A stretch of DNA of 64,000 bases from Myxococcota bacterium. Its GTDB lineage: Bacteria; Myxococcota_A; UBA9042; PHBI01; JAWLBL01. Position 1 is the first letter of the stretch, and each line of letters starts with the position of its first letter. The position numbers and the translations under genes were made by a program. Under the pieces are notes generated by a model. It made no database searches. It was given only the letters and a program-made list of their open reading frames with translations, and was not told the DNA's origin. The stretch spans positions 64,001 to 128,000 of the forward strand of contig JAWLBL010000008.1 in the NCBI GenBank assembly GCA_041687695.1, written 5' to 3'. Positions 27,679 to 36,446 of this stretch are shown one piece after another.

Positions 27679-29040
27679 ATGAGCAAGGACACGGCCGGCG
27701 AGTCGCCCGCCGGGGCCGTCGGCGCGCCGGACGCGCTGACCCCCGAGGCCGAGCAGGAGCTGTTCGCCCTGGGGCTGCGGCTCCTCAACAAGGACTACTT
27801 CGTCGGCGAGTACTGCCCGCAGAACGGCGTCGACGCCAAGGACCCCTTCGCGAAGGCGCGCCTGTTCGACGGCATCATCGGCTCGCTCAAGGGCACCGGC
27901 CGCTTCTTGTTCGGCATGCCCATCGTGTCCAAGCCGGGCCCCCGGGTGACGGTCGAGGACCACGAGGGGCGGCGGCGCGAGCTGACCATGTTCGCGTCGA
28001 ACGACTACCTGGGCCTGTCCGCCGACCCGCGCACCCACGAGGCCATCCGCGGGGCGCTCGACGAGTACGGCATCGGCGCCGGCTCGAGCCGCGTCAACGT
28101 CGGCTACAGCGGCATCCACCGCGCGCTCGAGGCCAAGCTCGCCGACCGCTGGGGCAAGCAGGCGGCCCTGCTGTTCCCGACCGGCTTCGACGCCGTGTCC
28201 AGCACCATCGCCGCGCTGGCGGGCCCGAACGACCGCGTCATCATCGACGCGTCGAGCCACGCCTGCATCATCGACGGCGCGCGCCGCTCGGGCGCCACGG
28301 TGCGCCTGTTCAAGCACAACGACCCCGAGCGCCTCGAGATGCAGCTGCAGCGCGCGGCCGAGGCCGAGGGCGGCACGCTGGTCGTCGTCGAGGGCGCCTA
28401 CAGCATGGACGGCGACATCGCGCGCCTCGACGCCATCGTCCCGCTCTGCAAGAAGTACGGCGCACGGCTGATGGTCGACGAGGCCCACGCCATCGGCGTC
28501 CGCGGCGCCAAGGGCCACGGCGTGGCCGAGCACTTCGGCCTGTCGGACGAGGTCGACATCATCGCGGGCACCTTCTCGAAGTCGCTGGGTGCCACGGGCG
28601 GCTTCGTCGCGTCCAGCCGAGAGGTCGTCACCTACCTCAACTACCTGTCGACCCGCATCGTCTTCTCGGCCGCCTTCCCGCCCATCCTCGCCCGCGCCGT
28701 CTCGCGCGCCATCGACATCATGGAGGAGGACGAGGCCCTGCGCGGGCGCCTGTGGGACAACATCCGCTACTTCGCGGACGGCTTCCGCAAGATGGGCGTC
28801 GACATGCCCGAGGTGCAGGTCGGCGCCGTGCCGCTGCGCATCCACCGCGACGAGATCATGGTGACCTTCGCCGGGGATCTCTTCGACGCGGGCGTCTTCG
28901 CCTATCCGGTGGTCTACCCGACCGTGCCGCTGGGCAAGAGCATGTTCCGCCTGGCGATGCAGTCGGGCCACACGCGCGCGCACCTCGACCACGCGCTCGA
29001 GGTCTTCCGGGGGCTGCTGGGCAAGTACGGCGTCCTCTAG
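27679..29040 (+). CDS. PLP-dependent alpha-oxoamine synthase, serine palmitoyltransferase-like
   Basis: SNDYLGL, SHACIIDG, FKHND, YSMDGD, VDEAHAIG and GTFSKSLG (PLP Lys; GTFSK is typical of SPTs); 10 nt downstream of ACP. Confidence 0.8.
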   Translation: MSKDTAGESPAGAVGAPDALTPEAEQELFALGLRLLNKDYFVGEYCPQNGVDAKDPFAKARLFDGIIGSLKGTGRFLFGMPIVSKPGPRVTVEDHEGRRRELTMFASNDYLGLSADPRTHEAIRGALDEYGIGAGSSRVNVGYSGIHRALEAKLADRWGKQAALLFPTGFDAVSSTIAALAGPNDRVIIDASSHACIIDGARRSGATVRLFKHNDPERLEMQLQRAAEAEGGTLVVVEGAYSMDGDIARLDAIVPLCKKYGARLMVDEAHAIGVRGAKGHGVAEHFGLSDEVDIIAGTFSKSLGATGGFVASSREVVTYLNYLSTRIVFSAAFPPILARAVSRAIDIMEEDEALRGRLWDNIRYFADGFRKMGVDMPEVQVGAVPLRIHRDEIMVTFAGDLFDAGVFAYPVVYPTVPLGKSMFRLAMQSGHTRAHLDHALEVFRGLLGKYGVL

Positions 29041-29423
29041 GTCGAGGACTCGGGCTCGTGGTCGATGATGACCGGGGGCTCGCGGCGCGCGCCCAGGGGA
29101 CGCAGGCCGCGGCGCTCGCGGACCTCGTCCAGGTTGTGGCGGACCAGCTCGCCCAGATCGTCGACGATGGGGCCCAGCTTGCGGACCAGGCGCAGCTCCA
29201 GCTCGGCGACCTGCTGCAGCGTGCCGGCCACCAGATCCAGGCGGTCCATCACCTGCTCGGCGCGCCCCAGCAGGCGCAGGCCGGCCTCGCGGACCCGCGG
29301 GTCGACGGGGACGGCCTCGGCGCTGAGCAGCGCGTTCGCCAGGCGTAGCAGGCCGCGCGGGGCCGACAGCGCGCGGGGCGGCTGGGGCTCGGGCGGCGTC
29401 GGGGGCGTGTCGTCTTGGGCCAT
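29037..29423 (-). CDS. Hypothetical helical/coiled-coil protein
   Basis: 128 aa ORF with biased codon usage, GAAGGA RBS, directly downstream of gloB. Confidence 0.6.
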   Translation of the reverse strand: MAQDDTPPTPPEPQPPRALSAPRGLLRLANALLSAEAVPVDPRVREAGLRLLGRAEQVMDRLDLVAGTLQQVAELELRLVRKLGPIVDDLGELVRHNLDEVRERRGLRPLGARREPPVIIDHEPESST

Positions 29424-29441
29424 GGGGGTCCTTCGCCGGCG

Positions 29442-30263
29442 TCAGCCGCGGAAGTCGTCCTTGAGCTTGCGGATGACGGCCAGCACGGCCGCCGGGTCGG
29501 CGCCGTCGAGGGCGGCGTCCGAGGAGACGTGAGCGCAGGCGGTCGCCAGGACGCCTTCGGTGTCCGTGCGCAGGAAGGGGTTGGTCGCCCACTCCTCGGC
29601 CAGGGTCGAGGGCACCGACGGCCGCCCGGCCGCGCGCAGGGCGGCCACGCGCTCGGCGCGCTGCGCGATGGCGGGATTGTCGGGGTCGACCTCGCGCGCG
29701 AAGCGCAGGTTGCCCTCGGTGTACTCGTGGCCGAAGTAGACCTGCGTGGCCGAGGGCAGGGTGCCCAGCACCTGCCGCAGCGAGTGGGCCATCTGCGCGG
29801 GCGTGCCCTCGAACAGCCGCCCGCAGCCGGCGCCGAACAGCGTGTCGCCGGTGAAGACCGCGGCCACGTCGTCGTGGCCGGCCGCATCCACCACGAACGA
29901 CACGGCGCCCGAGGTGTGCCCCGGGTTGTGCAGCACGCGGACGCCGGCGTCGCCCAGTGGGACGAAGTCGCCGTGCTGGACCGGGCGCGTCAGGCCCGGC
30001 ACGCGGCCGGCGTCGCTGGCGTGGCCGACGACCTCCAGCTCGGGCAGGCGCTGTAGCAGGGCCTGGTTGCCGCCGGTGTGGTCCCAGTGGTGGTGGGTGT
30101 TCCAGATGGCGACGAGGCGCGCGCCCTGACGCTCGACCTCGGCCAGCACCGACTCGGCGTCGGCCGGGTCGACGACCGCGGCCTGGCGCGTCCTTGGGCA
30201 GACGACCACGTAGGCGTAGTTGTCGCGCAGCTGGGGCAGCGGCGTGATGGTGAGGGCGGGCAT
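29442..30263 (-). CDS. gloB: Hydroxyacylglutathione hydrolase (glyoxalase II)
   Basis: DNYAY, THHHWDHTGGN, PGHT, FTGDTLFGAGCGRLFEG, GHEYT and TNPFLR motifs. Confidence 0.93.
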   Translation of the reverse strand: MPALTITPLPQLRDNYAYVVVCPRTRQAAVVDPADAESVLAEVERQGARLVAIWNTHHHWDHTGGNQALLQRLPELEVVGHASDAGRVPGLTRPVQHGDFVPLGDAGVRVLHNPGHTSGAVSFVVDAAGHDDVAAVFTGDTLFGAGCGRLFEGTPAQMAHSLRQVLGTLPSATQVYFGHEYTEGNLRFAREVDPDNPAIAQRAERVAALRAAGRPSVPSTLAEEWATNPFLRTDTEGVLATACAHVSSDAALDGADPAAVLAVIRKLKDDFRG

Positions 30264-30330
30264 GGGGCCACTGTAGGGCCAGGCCGGGCGGCGACCAAGC
30301 CGAGAAGCGCGGCGCGCAAAGCGTCAGTCG

Positions 30331-30351
30331 GGGTGACAAAATGCGTCACCC
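30331..30351. promoter_or_regulatory. Candidate sigma54 enhancer (UAS) for the pilin gene
   Basis: gggtgac-N7-gtcaccc inverted repeat about 160-180 bp upstream of the -24/-12 element. Confidence 0.55.
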
Positions 30352-30506
30352 ACCCGTTCGAGCCAGCGTTTGCGCGGGGTTATGCGGCCTGTCGCCCGAG
30401 TGATCGCCCGGCTGGGGTGCCGTTTCCCGTCCCGTCCGCCGCGTTCGGGCGCCGCAACGTCACCGTTCGCGCCCCTATTCCCGCGCTCTGCGCGCTCCGC
30501 CCCTCG

Positions 30507-30523
30507 TTGGCACGGTCGTTGCT
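30507..30523 (+). promoter_or_regulatory. Sigma54 (RpoN) -24/-12 promoter
   Basis: TTGGCACG-gtcg-TTGCT matches the TGGCACG-N4-TTGC consensus with GG-N10-GC spacing. Confidence 0.85.
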
Positions 30524-30622
30524 TCATCTCAGGGCGGAGCGTCGCGCGGACAAGGGGGTCCGGGTCGACTCTGTCTGAAGATGGTGCCCGAGCGGGCACA
30601 CAACGTCCTGGGAGGAACGGAC

Positions 30623-31198
30623 ATGTTGATGCGACTGAGAGAGCGCCGTGGCTTCACGCTGATCGAGCTCATGATCGTCGTCGCGATTCTCGCCATCCTG
30701 GCGGTCGTCGCGGTTCCGGCGTTCATCAAGTACATGCGCCGCGCGAAGACGACCGAGGCCATCGATCAGCTGGACAAGATCTACAAGGGCGCCGCGGTCT
30801 ACTACACGACCCCGAAGGTCACCGCGGACGGCGCCAAGATCCCCTGCCAGTTCCCGGCCAACCAGGGCCCGACCCCCATCGAGGCGGGCTGCTGCTCGGG
30901 CCAGGGCGCTGACACCAACAACGACGACCGCTGCGACTCGGACGCCGCGATCTGGAGCGAGCCGACCTGGGCGGCGCTGAGCTTCCAGATGACCGACGAG
31001 CACTACTTCACCTACTCGTACGTCAGCGACGGCGTGCTGGCCGACGCCGAGATGACCGCGCGCGCGAACGCCGATCTCGACTGCGACGGCATCAAGTCGA
31101 CCTTCCAGCGCACCGCCTTCGGCGACCCCGCCGCGACCTACGCGGAGTGCTCGCTGACCGGCTCCTCGGCGTTCTACGTCGAGCAAGAGACCGAGTAG
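30623..31198 (+). CDS. pilA: Type IVa pilin (PilA-like)
   Basis: Class III signal RRG|FTLIELMIVVAILAILAVVAVP with E5; GGAGGA RBS; six Cys in the mature domain; sigma54 promoter and terminator suggest a major pilin. Confidence 0.85.
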   Translation: MLMRLRERRGFTLIELMIVVAILAILAVVAVPAFIKYMRRAKTTEAIDQLDKIYKGAAVYYTTPKVTADGAKIPCQFPANQGPTPIEAGCCSGQGADTNNDDRCDSDAAIWSEPTWAALSFQMTDEHYFTYSYVSDGVLADAEMTARANADLDCDGIKSTFQRTAFGDPAATYAECSLTGSSAFYVEQETE

Positions 31199-31231
31199 TC
31201 GCCCTGACCCCCTTTCTTTTCGAGGCCTGAG

Positions 31232-31278
31232 ACACGAAGGCGTCCCACGCTACGGCGTAGGGGCGCTTTCGTGTTTGT
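31232..31278 (+). terminator. Probable intrinsic terminator after the pilin gene
   Basis: Hairpin acacgaaggcgtcccacgc-tacg-gcgtaggggcgctttcgtgt followed by ttgt. Confidence 0.7.
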
Positions 31279-31413
31279 CCGCTTCGGGGGATCGAGGGCC
31301 CTGCGTGACGAGGGCGTCCCTGGCTTGGTCGGGGGCGCCCTCTCGCGTTTCGAAGGCGTCCCGCGGGCGCTCCCCGAGGCCCCAGGTCCAAGCGGCCTAA
31401 CCCGGGAAATCTC

Positions 31414-31443
31414 TTGACGCTTTCGAGAGCCCGGCAGTAGGTT
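31414..31443 (+). promoter_or_regulatory. Putative sigma70 promoter for the PPIase gene
   Basis: TTGACG-N18-TAGGTT. Confidence 0.45.
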
Positions 31444-31516
31444 CGCGCGCGCTCTTCGCCCGGGGGGAGAGCCCACCGCACGCCGTCCGCACGCCAAAAT
31501 CAGCCGGAGCCCGCCC

Positions 31517-31963
31517 GTGAAGGTCAAGAAGAACACCGTCGTTCGAATCCATTACCGTATGGCGATCGAGGGCGGCGAAGAGATCGACTCGTCCTACGGC
31601 AGCGTCCCCCTCGAGTTCATCTGTGGTCGCGGCGAGGTCATCCCGGGCCTCGAGCGCGAGCTGATGGGGATGGAGCCCGGCCAGAAGAAGAGCTTCGTCG
31701 TCGCGCCCGAGGACGCCTACGGCCGCCACGACGCCGCGCTGGTCAAGGAGCTGCCGCGGGCCGGCTTCCCGGTGGACCTCAAGCTCGTCCCGGGCCAGCG
31801 CTTCAGCTACCGCTCCGAGCAGGGCGCCGAGCTGATGTACCAGGTGGTCCAGATCGGCGACGACACCATCCTCGCCGACTTCAACCACCCGCTGGCCGGC
31901 AAGCCGCTGCGCTACGAGGTCGAGATCATCGACGTCGAAGAGGACAACTTCGACAAGATCTGA
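31517..31963 (+). CDS. slyD: FKBP-type peptidyl-prolyl isomerase (SlyD/SlpA-like, no His-rich tail)
   Basis: VIPGLEREL, VAPEDAYG and DFNHPLAGKPLRYEVEI motifs. Confidence 0.85.
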   Translation: MKVKKNTVVRIHYRMAIEGGEEIDSSYGSVPLEFICGRGEVIPGLERELMGMEPGQKKSFVVAPEDAYGRHDAALVKELPRAGFPVDLKLVPGQRFSYRSEQGAELMYQVVQIGDDTILADFNHPLAGKPLRYEVEIIDVEEDNFDKI

Positions 31964-31991
31964 CCCGGCGCCGGCCTCACGGGGCGCGCCG

Positions 31992-33620
31992 TCAGAGGTC
32001 GCGTCGGAGCAGGGTCAGCAGGACGTACTCGTCGCTGCGCCAGTAGGCCCGCTCCAGCCGGTAACCGGCGAGCAGCCGCGGATCCGAGCCGAGGCCGTGC
32101 GCGTACTCGCGCAGATAAGGCAGCCAGGCCGCCAGCGGGGCCGGCGACGGAGCGCGTACCTCGGCGGCGGCCGGCGGCGACGGCAGGTACGCCACCAGGA
32201 CGATGGCGGCCGGCTCACGGTCGAACACCAGCTGTCGGACGCGAGCCCGGAAGCGCTGGTACCGCTCGCCGGTCGGCGCGTCGGCGCGGGGCACGACGCC
32301 GGCGAGGGTGACGCCGTCCTCGGCCCGGGCTTGGGCCACCTCTCGGCTGACCAGGCCGACCGTGTCGAAAAAGCGCAGCGAAGGCGCCGAGTAGGGCCCG
32401 AGCCCCATGTCCTGGCCAGCGACGACGGAGCCCGGAGGGACGCGGTCCTGTAGATCCAGGGCGAGCTGGCGCTGAGTCCGCCACATGGCTTCGTGGTAGG
32501 TGGACAGCTCGGGGTGCAGCCGAGCCAGCTCCACCGCGGAGGGCAGGGCGAGCGCGAGCGGGACCCCGACGGCGAGCACGCGGGTCGTCGAGAGAGGTGC
32601 GGACACGCGGCCGAGGCGGGCGAAGACCGCGGCGGCGAGCGCGGCGCAGGGCGCGGCGAGCAGACCCCATGCGGGCAGCACGAGCCGGCCGAGGACCATC
32701 GAGTCGCCGCCGACCCAGACCAGGTAGGCCAGCCAGAACCAGCCGAAGGCGGCGACGGCCACGAGCGAGGCGCGGCGGACGAGCGCGGCCGCGGCGAGCG
32801 AGCCCAGCACGAGCGCGCCGGAGGGGCCGACCGCCAGGACCTCGAACAGCTCGCCGGCGCCCGCGAGGGCGAGCGCGCCGCCGCTGCTCTTGACCAGGTA
32901 GGTGTTCGGGACGAGCGAGCCGAAGTAGGCCCACCGCCACGCGTGATAGGCGACGAGCAACGCCGCGGGCGCGAGGCCGGCGCGGAGGGTGCCGAGGGCC
33001 GCCGTGGCGCGGGCGCCAGGCCGGGCGTGGAGCAGCAGCAGGGCGGCGGCGACCAGGCCGGCGACGTGGCCTTCGGGGCGCGTGAGGGCGGCGAGGGAGG
33101 CGAGCCACAGGGCCGCGTGGGCGCGACCGGCCAGGGCGCGCTCGACGCTGCCGACGACCAGGGCGGCGAAGGCGACGGTCTCGAGGCCGCTCATCGCATA
33201 GACGGCGGTGGTCGGGTGGGTGGCGACGAGCAGGCCCGCGGCGAAGGCGGCGGCCTCGGCGGGGCGTGTGCCCGAGGCGCCGAGGCGGCGCGCGAGGCTC
33301 CAGGTGGCGAGGCCGAGCAGCGCCGCCGCGATCAGCCCCACGGCCCGGGCGGCCCACAGGACCTCTTCACCGGACAGGCCGACGACGTGGGCCAGGGCCG
33401 CGCCGAGCACCCAGGAGAAGTTGGTGTAGCCCTCGACGGCCTCGCCGGGGTTGAACACGACGCCCAGCCCCTCGGCCAGGTTGCGCCCATAGCGGAAGGT
33501 GATCCAGGCGTCGTCCTTCACATAGCCCACGAAGGGCAGGGCGAACGCCACGGCGGCGACCGCAACAGCCCACGGGAGCCGCGAATGATGGGTGTCGGGT
33601 GGCGAAGGAGCGTTCGACAT
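31992..33620 (-). CDS. GT-C fold integral membrane glycosyltransferase-like protein
   Basis: DDAWITFRYGRNL...FNPGEAVEGYT, SGLET, LTRPEG, YFGSLVPNTYLVK and DTVGLV motifs; many TM helices. Confidence 0.75.
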   Translation of the reverse strand: MSNAPSPPDTHHSRLPWAVAVAAVAFALPFVGYVKDDAWITFRYGRNLAEGLGVVFNPGEAVEGYTNFSWVLGAALAHVVGLSGEEVLWAARAVGLIAAALLGLATWSLARRLGASGTRPAEAAAFAAGLLVATHPTTAVYAMSGLETVAFAALVVGSVERALAGRAHAALWLASLAALTRPEGHVAGLVAAALLLLHARPGARATAALGTLRAGLAPAALLVAYHAWRWAYFGSLVPNTYLVKSSGGALALAGAGELFEVLAVGPSGALVLGSLAAAALVRRASLVAVAAFGWFWLAYLVWVGGDSMVLGRLVLPAWGLLAAPCAALAAAVFARLGRVSAPLSTTRVLAVGVPLALALPSAVELARLHPELSTYHEAMWRTQRQLALDLQDRVPPGSVVAGQDMGLGPYSAPSLRFFDTVGLVSREVAQARAEDGVTLAGVVPRADAPTGERYQRFRARVRQLVFDREPAAIVLVAYLPSPPAAAEVRAPSPAPLAAWLPYLREYAHGLGSDPRLLAGYRLERAYWRSDEYVLLTLLRRDL

Positions 33621-33696
33621 GCGGGGCTCTTGATACGTCAGGACCGCCTTCAGGGGAACTTGCCGCACGGGGGCGTGCTGGAGGCCTGGCCGTGCC

Positions 33697-33726
33697 TTGA
33701 CGCTTTGGAAGGGGCGACCGTATCGT
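33697..33726 (+). promoter_or_regulatory. Putative sigma70 promoter for the rrf2 gene
   Basis: TTGACG-N18-TATCGT. Confidence 0.45.
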
Positions 33727-33778
33727 GCCGGACGGGCCGTGACTCGCGCACTCCGCGCGTTCGGGCCGGCGAGGGGCC

Positions 33779-34264
33779 TTGAAGCTTTCGACGCGAGGCG
33801 AGTACGGGATCCGCGCGATGCTCTACATCGCGATGAAGGCCGGCGCGTGCGGGGACGGGGCGCTCATCCACGCCGAGGAGATCAGCGAGGCGCAGGCCAT
33901 CCCGCCGCACTACCTCAAGCAGATCCTGTCGCGGCTGCGGGCGGCTGGGCTGATCCGGTCGACGCGCGGGCCGGCTGGCGGGCACGGGCTGGCGAGGCCG
34001 GCCGAGGAGATCTCGGTGGGCGAGATCATCCAGTGCCTCGAGGGCAGCCTGACCTGCGTCCAGGGCATCCTGGACATGCCCTGCGCCATCCACGTCGGGC
34101 CGAGCCACTGCGTCATCAAGGAGTTCCTGCTGGACGTGAAGGCCCGCACCGAGTCGCTGCTCAACGGCACGTCGCTCGCGGATCTGGCGGCGCGGCAGAC
34201 CACGCTGTCGCAGCAGAAGATCGTGGTCGAGACGCGGCTGATGAAGCGGCCGCTGCCGGCCTGA
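33779..34264 (+). CDS. Rrf2 family transcriptional regulator (IscR/CymR-like)
   Basis: MKLSTRGEYGIRAM, YLKQIL..LR.AGLIRSTRGPAGG and ISVGEII..LEG motifs; C-terminal Cys triad. Confidence 0.9.
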   Translation: MKLSTRGEYGIRAMLYIAMKAGACGDGALIHAEEISEAQAIPPHYLKQILSRLRAAGLIRSTRGPAGGHGLARPAEEISVGEIIQCLEGSLTCVQGILDMPCAIHVGPSHCVIKEFLLDVKARTESLLNGTSLADLAARQTTLSQQKIVVETRLMKRPLPA

Positions 34265-34332
34265 CGCGCGCCCGGGGACGCCACCTGGCGCGGGCGCGCG
34301 GAGCGCCCTCGCCAAGTACGGATAGCCGTGTC

Positions 34333-34400
34333 CCCGCGCGATCGGAGTGCCCGCGCCAGAAAGGGATCGGGAAGCGCCCGCGCGATCGGAGTGCCCGCGC
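34333..34400. repeat. Two 24-bp direct repeats
   Basis: cccgcgcgatcggagtgcccgcgc at 34333-34356 and 34377-34400. Confidence 0.8.
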
Positions 34401-34646
34401 TCGCGCGGGCTCGCTGGATCGGCGCCGCTCGCGGCGCCCCGACGTGATGACCGGCGAAACCATCAGGAGCATACGAGCGTCGAGAGCCCGAGCGTCAGTA
34501 GGCGCGTGCAGTCGAGGAGCGGGCTGTGTCTGCACGGGGTTGCGCCGCAAGCGGCGCGATCCGACGAGCCCGCGCTAGCGCGGGCACTCCGAACGAGCGC
34601 GAAGCCGACTGCGATCGAGCGCAACCCGTCTCTCACGGATCGAAGA

Positions 34647-34719
34647 GCGTCCGCGCGTGAGCGAGAGGCGTCCGCGCGTGAGCGAGAGGCGTCCGCGCGT
34701 GAGCGAGAGGCGTCCGCGC
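34647..34719. repeat. 21-bp tandem repeat, about 3.5 copies
   Basis: gcgtccgcgcgtgagcgagag x3 plus a partial copy; intergenic between convergent genes. Confidence 0.9.
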
Positions 34720-34752
34720 ACGGGCGGGAGGGGTCGGCGTCCGAGCGTCGGA

Positions 34753-35841
34753 TCAGCGCAGGGCGTCGAGCTGCGACCAGGGGAAGCCGGCGCCGGGGTC
34801 GTCGGCGATGCGGCTGAGGTGCAGGTGGCCGACGACGCCGGTGAGGGCGGCGCGGGCCTGCCCGACCAGGGCGCGGCGGGGGACCTGGCCGTCGGCGTCG
34901 CGCGGGAGCTTGGGCGGGACCTGGGGCAGCGCGCGAGTCAGGCCACGGAGGAGGGCCGACAGGCTGCGCAGCTGCTCGGGGGTGTAACCCCAGGACTGGC
35001 GCTCCGTCTCCTGGACCACGGTGAACTCGCTGAGGGGCCGCTCGAGGCCGCTCGGGGCGTCCCCGGGCAGGGGCGGCGAGGCGAGGTCGACCGGGTTGAC
35101 CAGATCGATGGAGACGCTGCGGCGGTCGGTCTCGGTGACCTTGGTGTGGTTGGCCTCCCAGGCCAGATCCAGGTTCTGGTAGACCGTGCCGTCGTAGTCG
35201 ATGGTGAAGTGGGTCGAGCCGCCGCCGAGGCTCAGGCCGACGAAGGACTCGCGGGCGGTGAGGGTGCGGGTGTCGTGCAGGACGATGAGGTCGATGGCCC
35301 CCACGACCGCCTCGGGGTCGCCGACCGGGACCACGGCGCCGTCGGCCAGGGTGCGCTCGCGGAACCAGGTGTCGCCGGTGAGCGGGACCTCCTGGCCGAG
35401 GGAGCGGGCGACCTCGCGCCGGGCGCGCTCCTCTTCGAAGCGGTAGCGCTCGGTGTTGACTGCGACCGGGACCTCGATCCGCTCGCCGGCCACCAGGATG
35501 CGGCCTCGCTGGGCCCGCGCGTCGGCGCCGGTCAGGGCCGAGCTGGCCTCGCGGCGGGTGGGGCCGCCCTCGGCCGCGGCGCGCAAGCCGGCGCGGGCTT
35601 CGGGGTGGTCGGCGTCGAGCGCCACGACCTGCTCGAAGGCGGCGCTCGCGCGCTCGGCGTCGCCGTCCGCCAGAGCCCGGAAGCCCTCCTTGAGGTGCCG
35701 CTCGATGAGCAGCTCCTCGGCGGGCTCGCAGCGAGGCGGGCCGGCGGTGACCTCCTCGGGCTCGCAGGCGACCTGTGCCCACGGCGTCAGGAGGGCTACC
35801 AGCAGGGCGAGCCGCCGCGCGTCTGGGCGACGCCCCGTCAC
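34753..35841 (-). CDS. N-acetylmuramoyl-L-alanine amidase (Amidase_2), probable lipoprotein with N-terminal TPR-like motif
   Basis: Hydrophobic leader ending QVAC; IDLIVLHDT, STHFTIDYDGTVYQ, WEANH and VVGH...DPG motifs; GTG start overlaps the GNAT stop. Confidence 0.8.
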   Translation of the reverse strand: MTGRRPDARRLALLVALLTPWAQVACEPEEVTAGPPRCEPAEELLIERHLKEGFRALADGDAERASAAFEQVVALDADHPEARAGLRAAAEGGPTRREASSALTGADARAQRGRILVAGERIEVPVAVNTERYRFEEERARREVARSLGQEVPLTGDTWFRERTLADGAVVPVGDPEAVVGAIDLIVLHDTRTLTARESFVGLSLGGGSTHFTIDYDGTVYQNLDLAWEANHTKVTETDRRSVSIDLVNPVDLASPPLPGDAPSGLERPLSEFTVVQETERQSWGYTPEQLRSLSALLRGLTRALPQVPPKLPRDADGQVPRRALVGQARAALTGVVGHLHLSRIADDPGAGFPWSQLDALR

Positions 35842-36446
35842 GCGGGCCTCCCGGCGGTGGCCTTGCGGAAGGGGCCGACGTCCAGCCCCATCCCGACCAG
35901 ATCGGCCCAGCCGCCGGGCAGCGCGGCCTCTCGCGCGAGCACACCCTCTTCGAGGAAGCCCCGGGAGACGTACAGCTGGCGCGCGACCGCGTTGTCCGAG
36001 AAGACCTGCAGGCTCACGCGACGGAGCATCGGGTTGGCCCGCGCCCAGGTCAAGCCCGCGTCCAGGATGAGCCCGCCGATGCCGCGGCCCCAGTCGGCGC
36101 GGGTGACGCCCATGCCCAGATGGCAGGCGTGCTGCGTGCGCAGCGTGCGGCCGCCGAGGCAGGTCAGGCTCGCGACCACCTCGGTGGGGCCCAGGCCGCG
36201 GCGCGGGCGGACGGCGATGATGCACACGCAGTTGGGCAGGCGCGCTACCTGCTCGAAGAGCATGCGCTGCTCGACGAGGGTCGGAAGCGGGTCGTCGGGG
36301 GCCTGCAGCATGAAGTCGGTCTCGGCGACGATGCGCGTCATGTGGTCGAGGAAGCGCGAGGCGTCCTGGCGGCCCGCCTCGCGGACCTCGAGGGCGTCTC
36401 CGGCGCGGTCCACGCCGCGCCACGGCAGGGCGACGCGCTGGCTCAT
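35838..36446 (-). CDS. GNAT family N-acetyltransferase (RimJ/YhhY-like)
   Basis: LGMGV..DWGRGIG, LQVFSDNAVARQLY..RGF..EG motifs. Confidence 0.85.
   Translation of the reverse strand: MSQRVALPWRGVDRAGDALEVREAGRQDASRFLDHMTRIVAETDFMLQAPDDPLPTLVEQRMLFEQVARLPNCVCIIAVRPRRGLGPTEVVASLTCLGGRTLRTQHACHLGMGVTRADWGRGIGGLILDAGLTWARANPMLRRVSLQVFSDNAVARQLYVSRGFLEEGVLAREAALPGGWADLVGMGLDVGPFRKATAGRPA

Noticed and set aside
27679..29040. Annotation as bioF or kbl
   Set aside because: GTFSKS motif, N-terminal extension, adjacent ACP and absence of bio or tdh genes favour SPT-like; not formally excluded.
30525..30620. Riboswitch (e.g. c-di-GMP) in the pilin leader
   Set aside because: Only a small gtgccc-gagc-gggcac hairpin; no GEMM consensus recognisable.
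35838..36446. GNAT as the bacterial ceramide synthase partner of the SPT-like enzyme
   Set aside because: It is a short single-domain RimJ/YhhY-type GNAT in a different operon; no supporting evidence.
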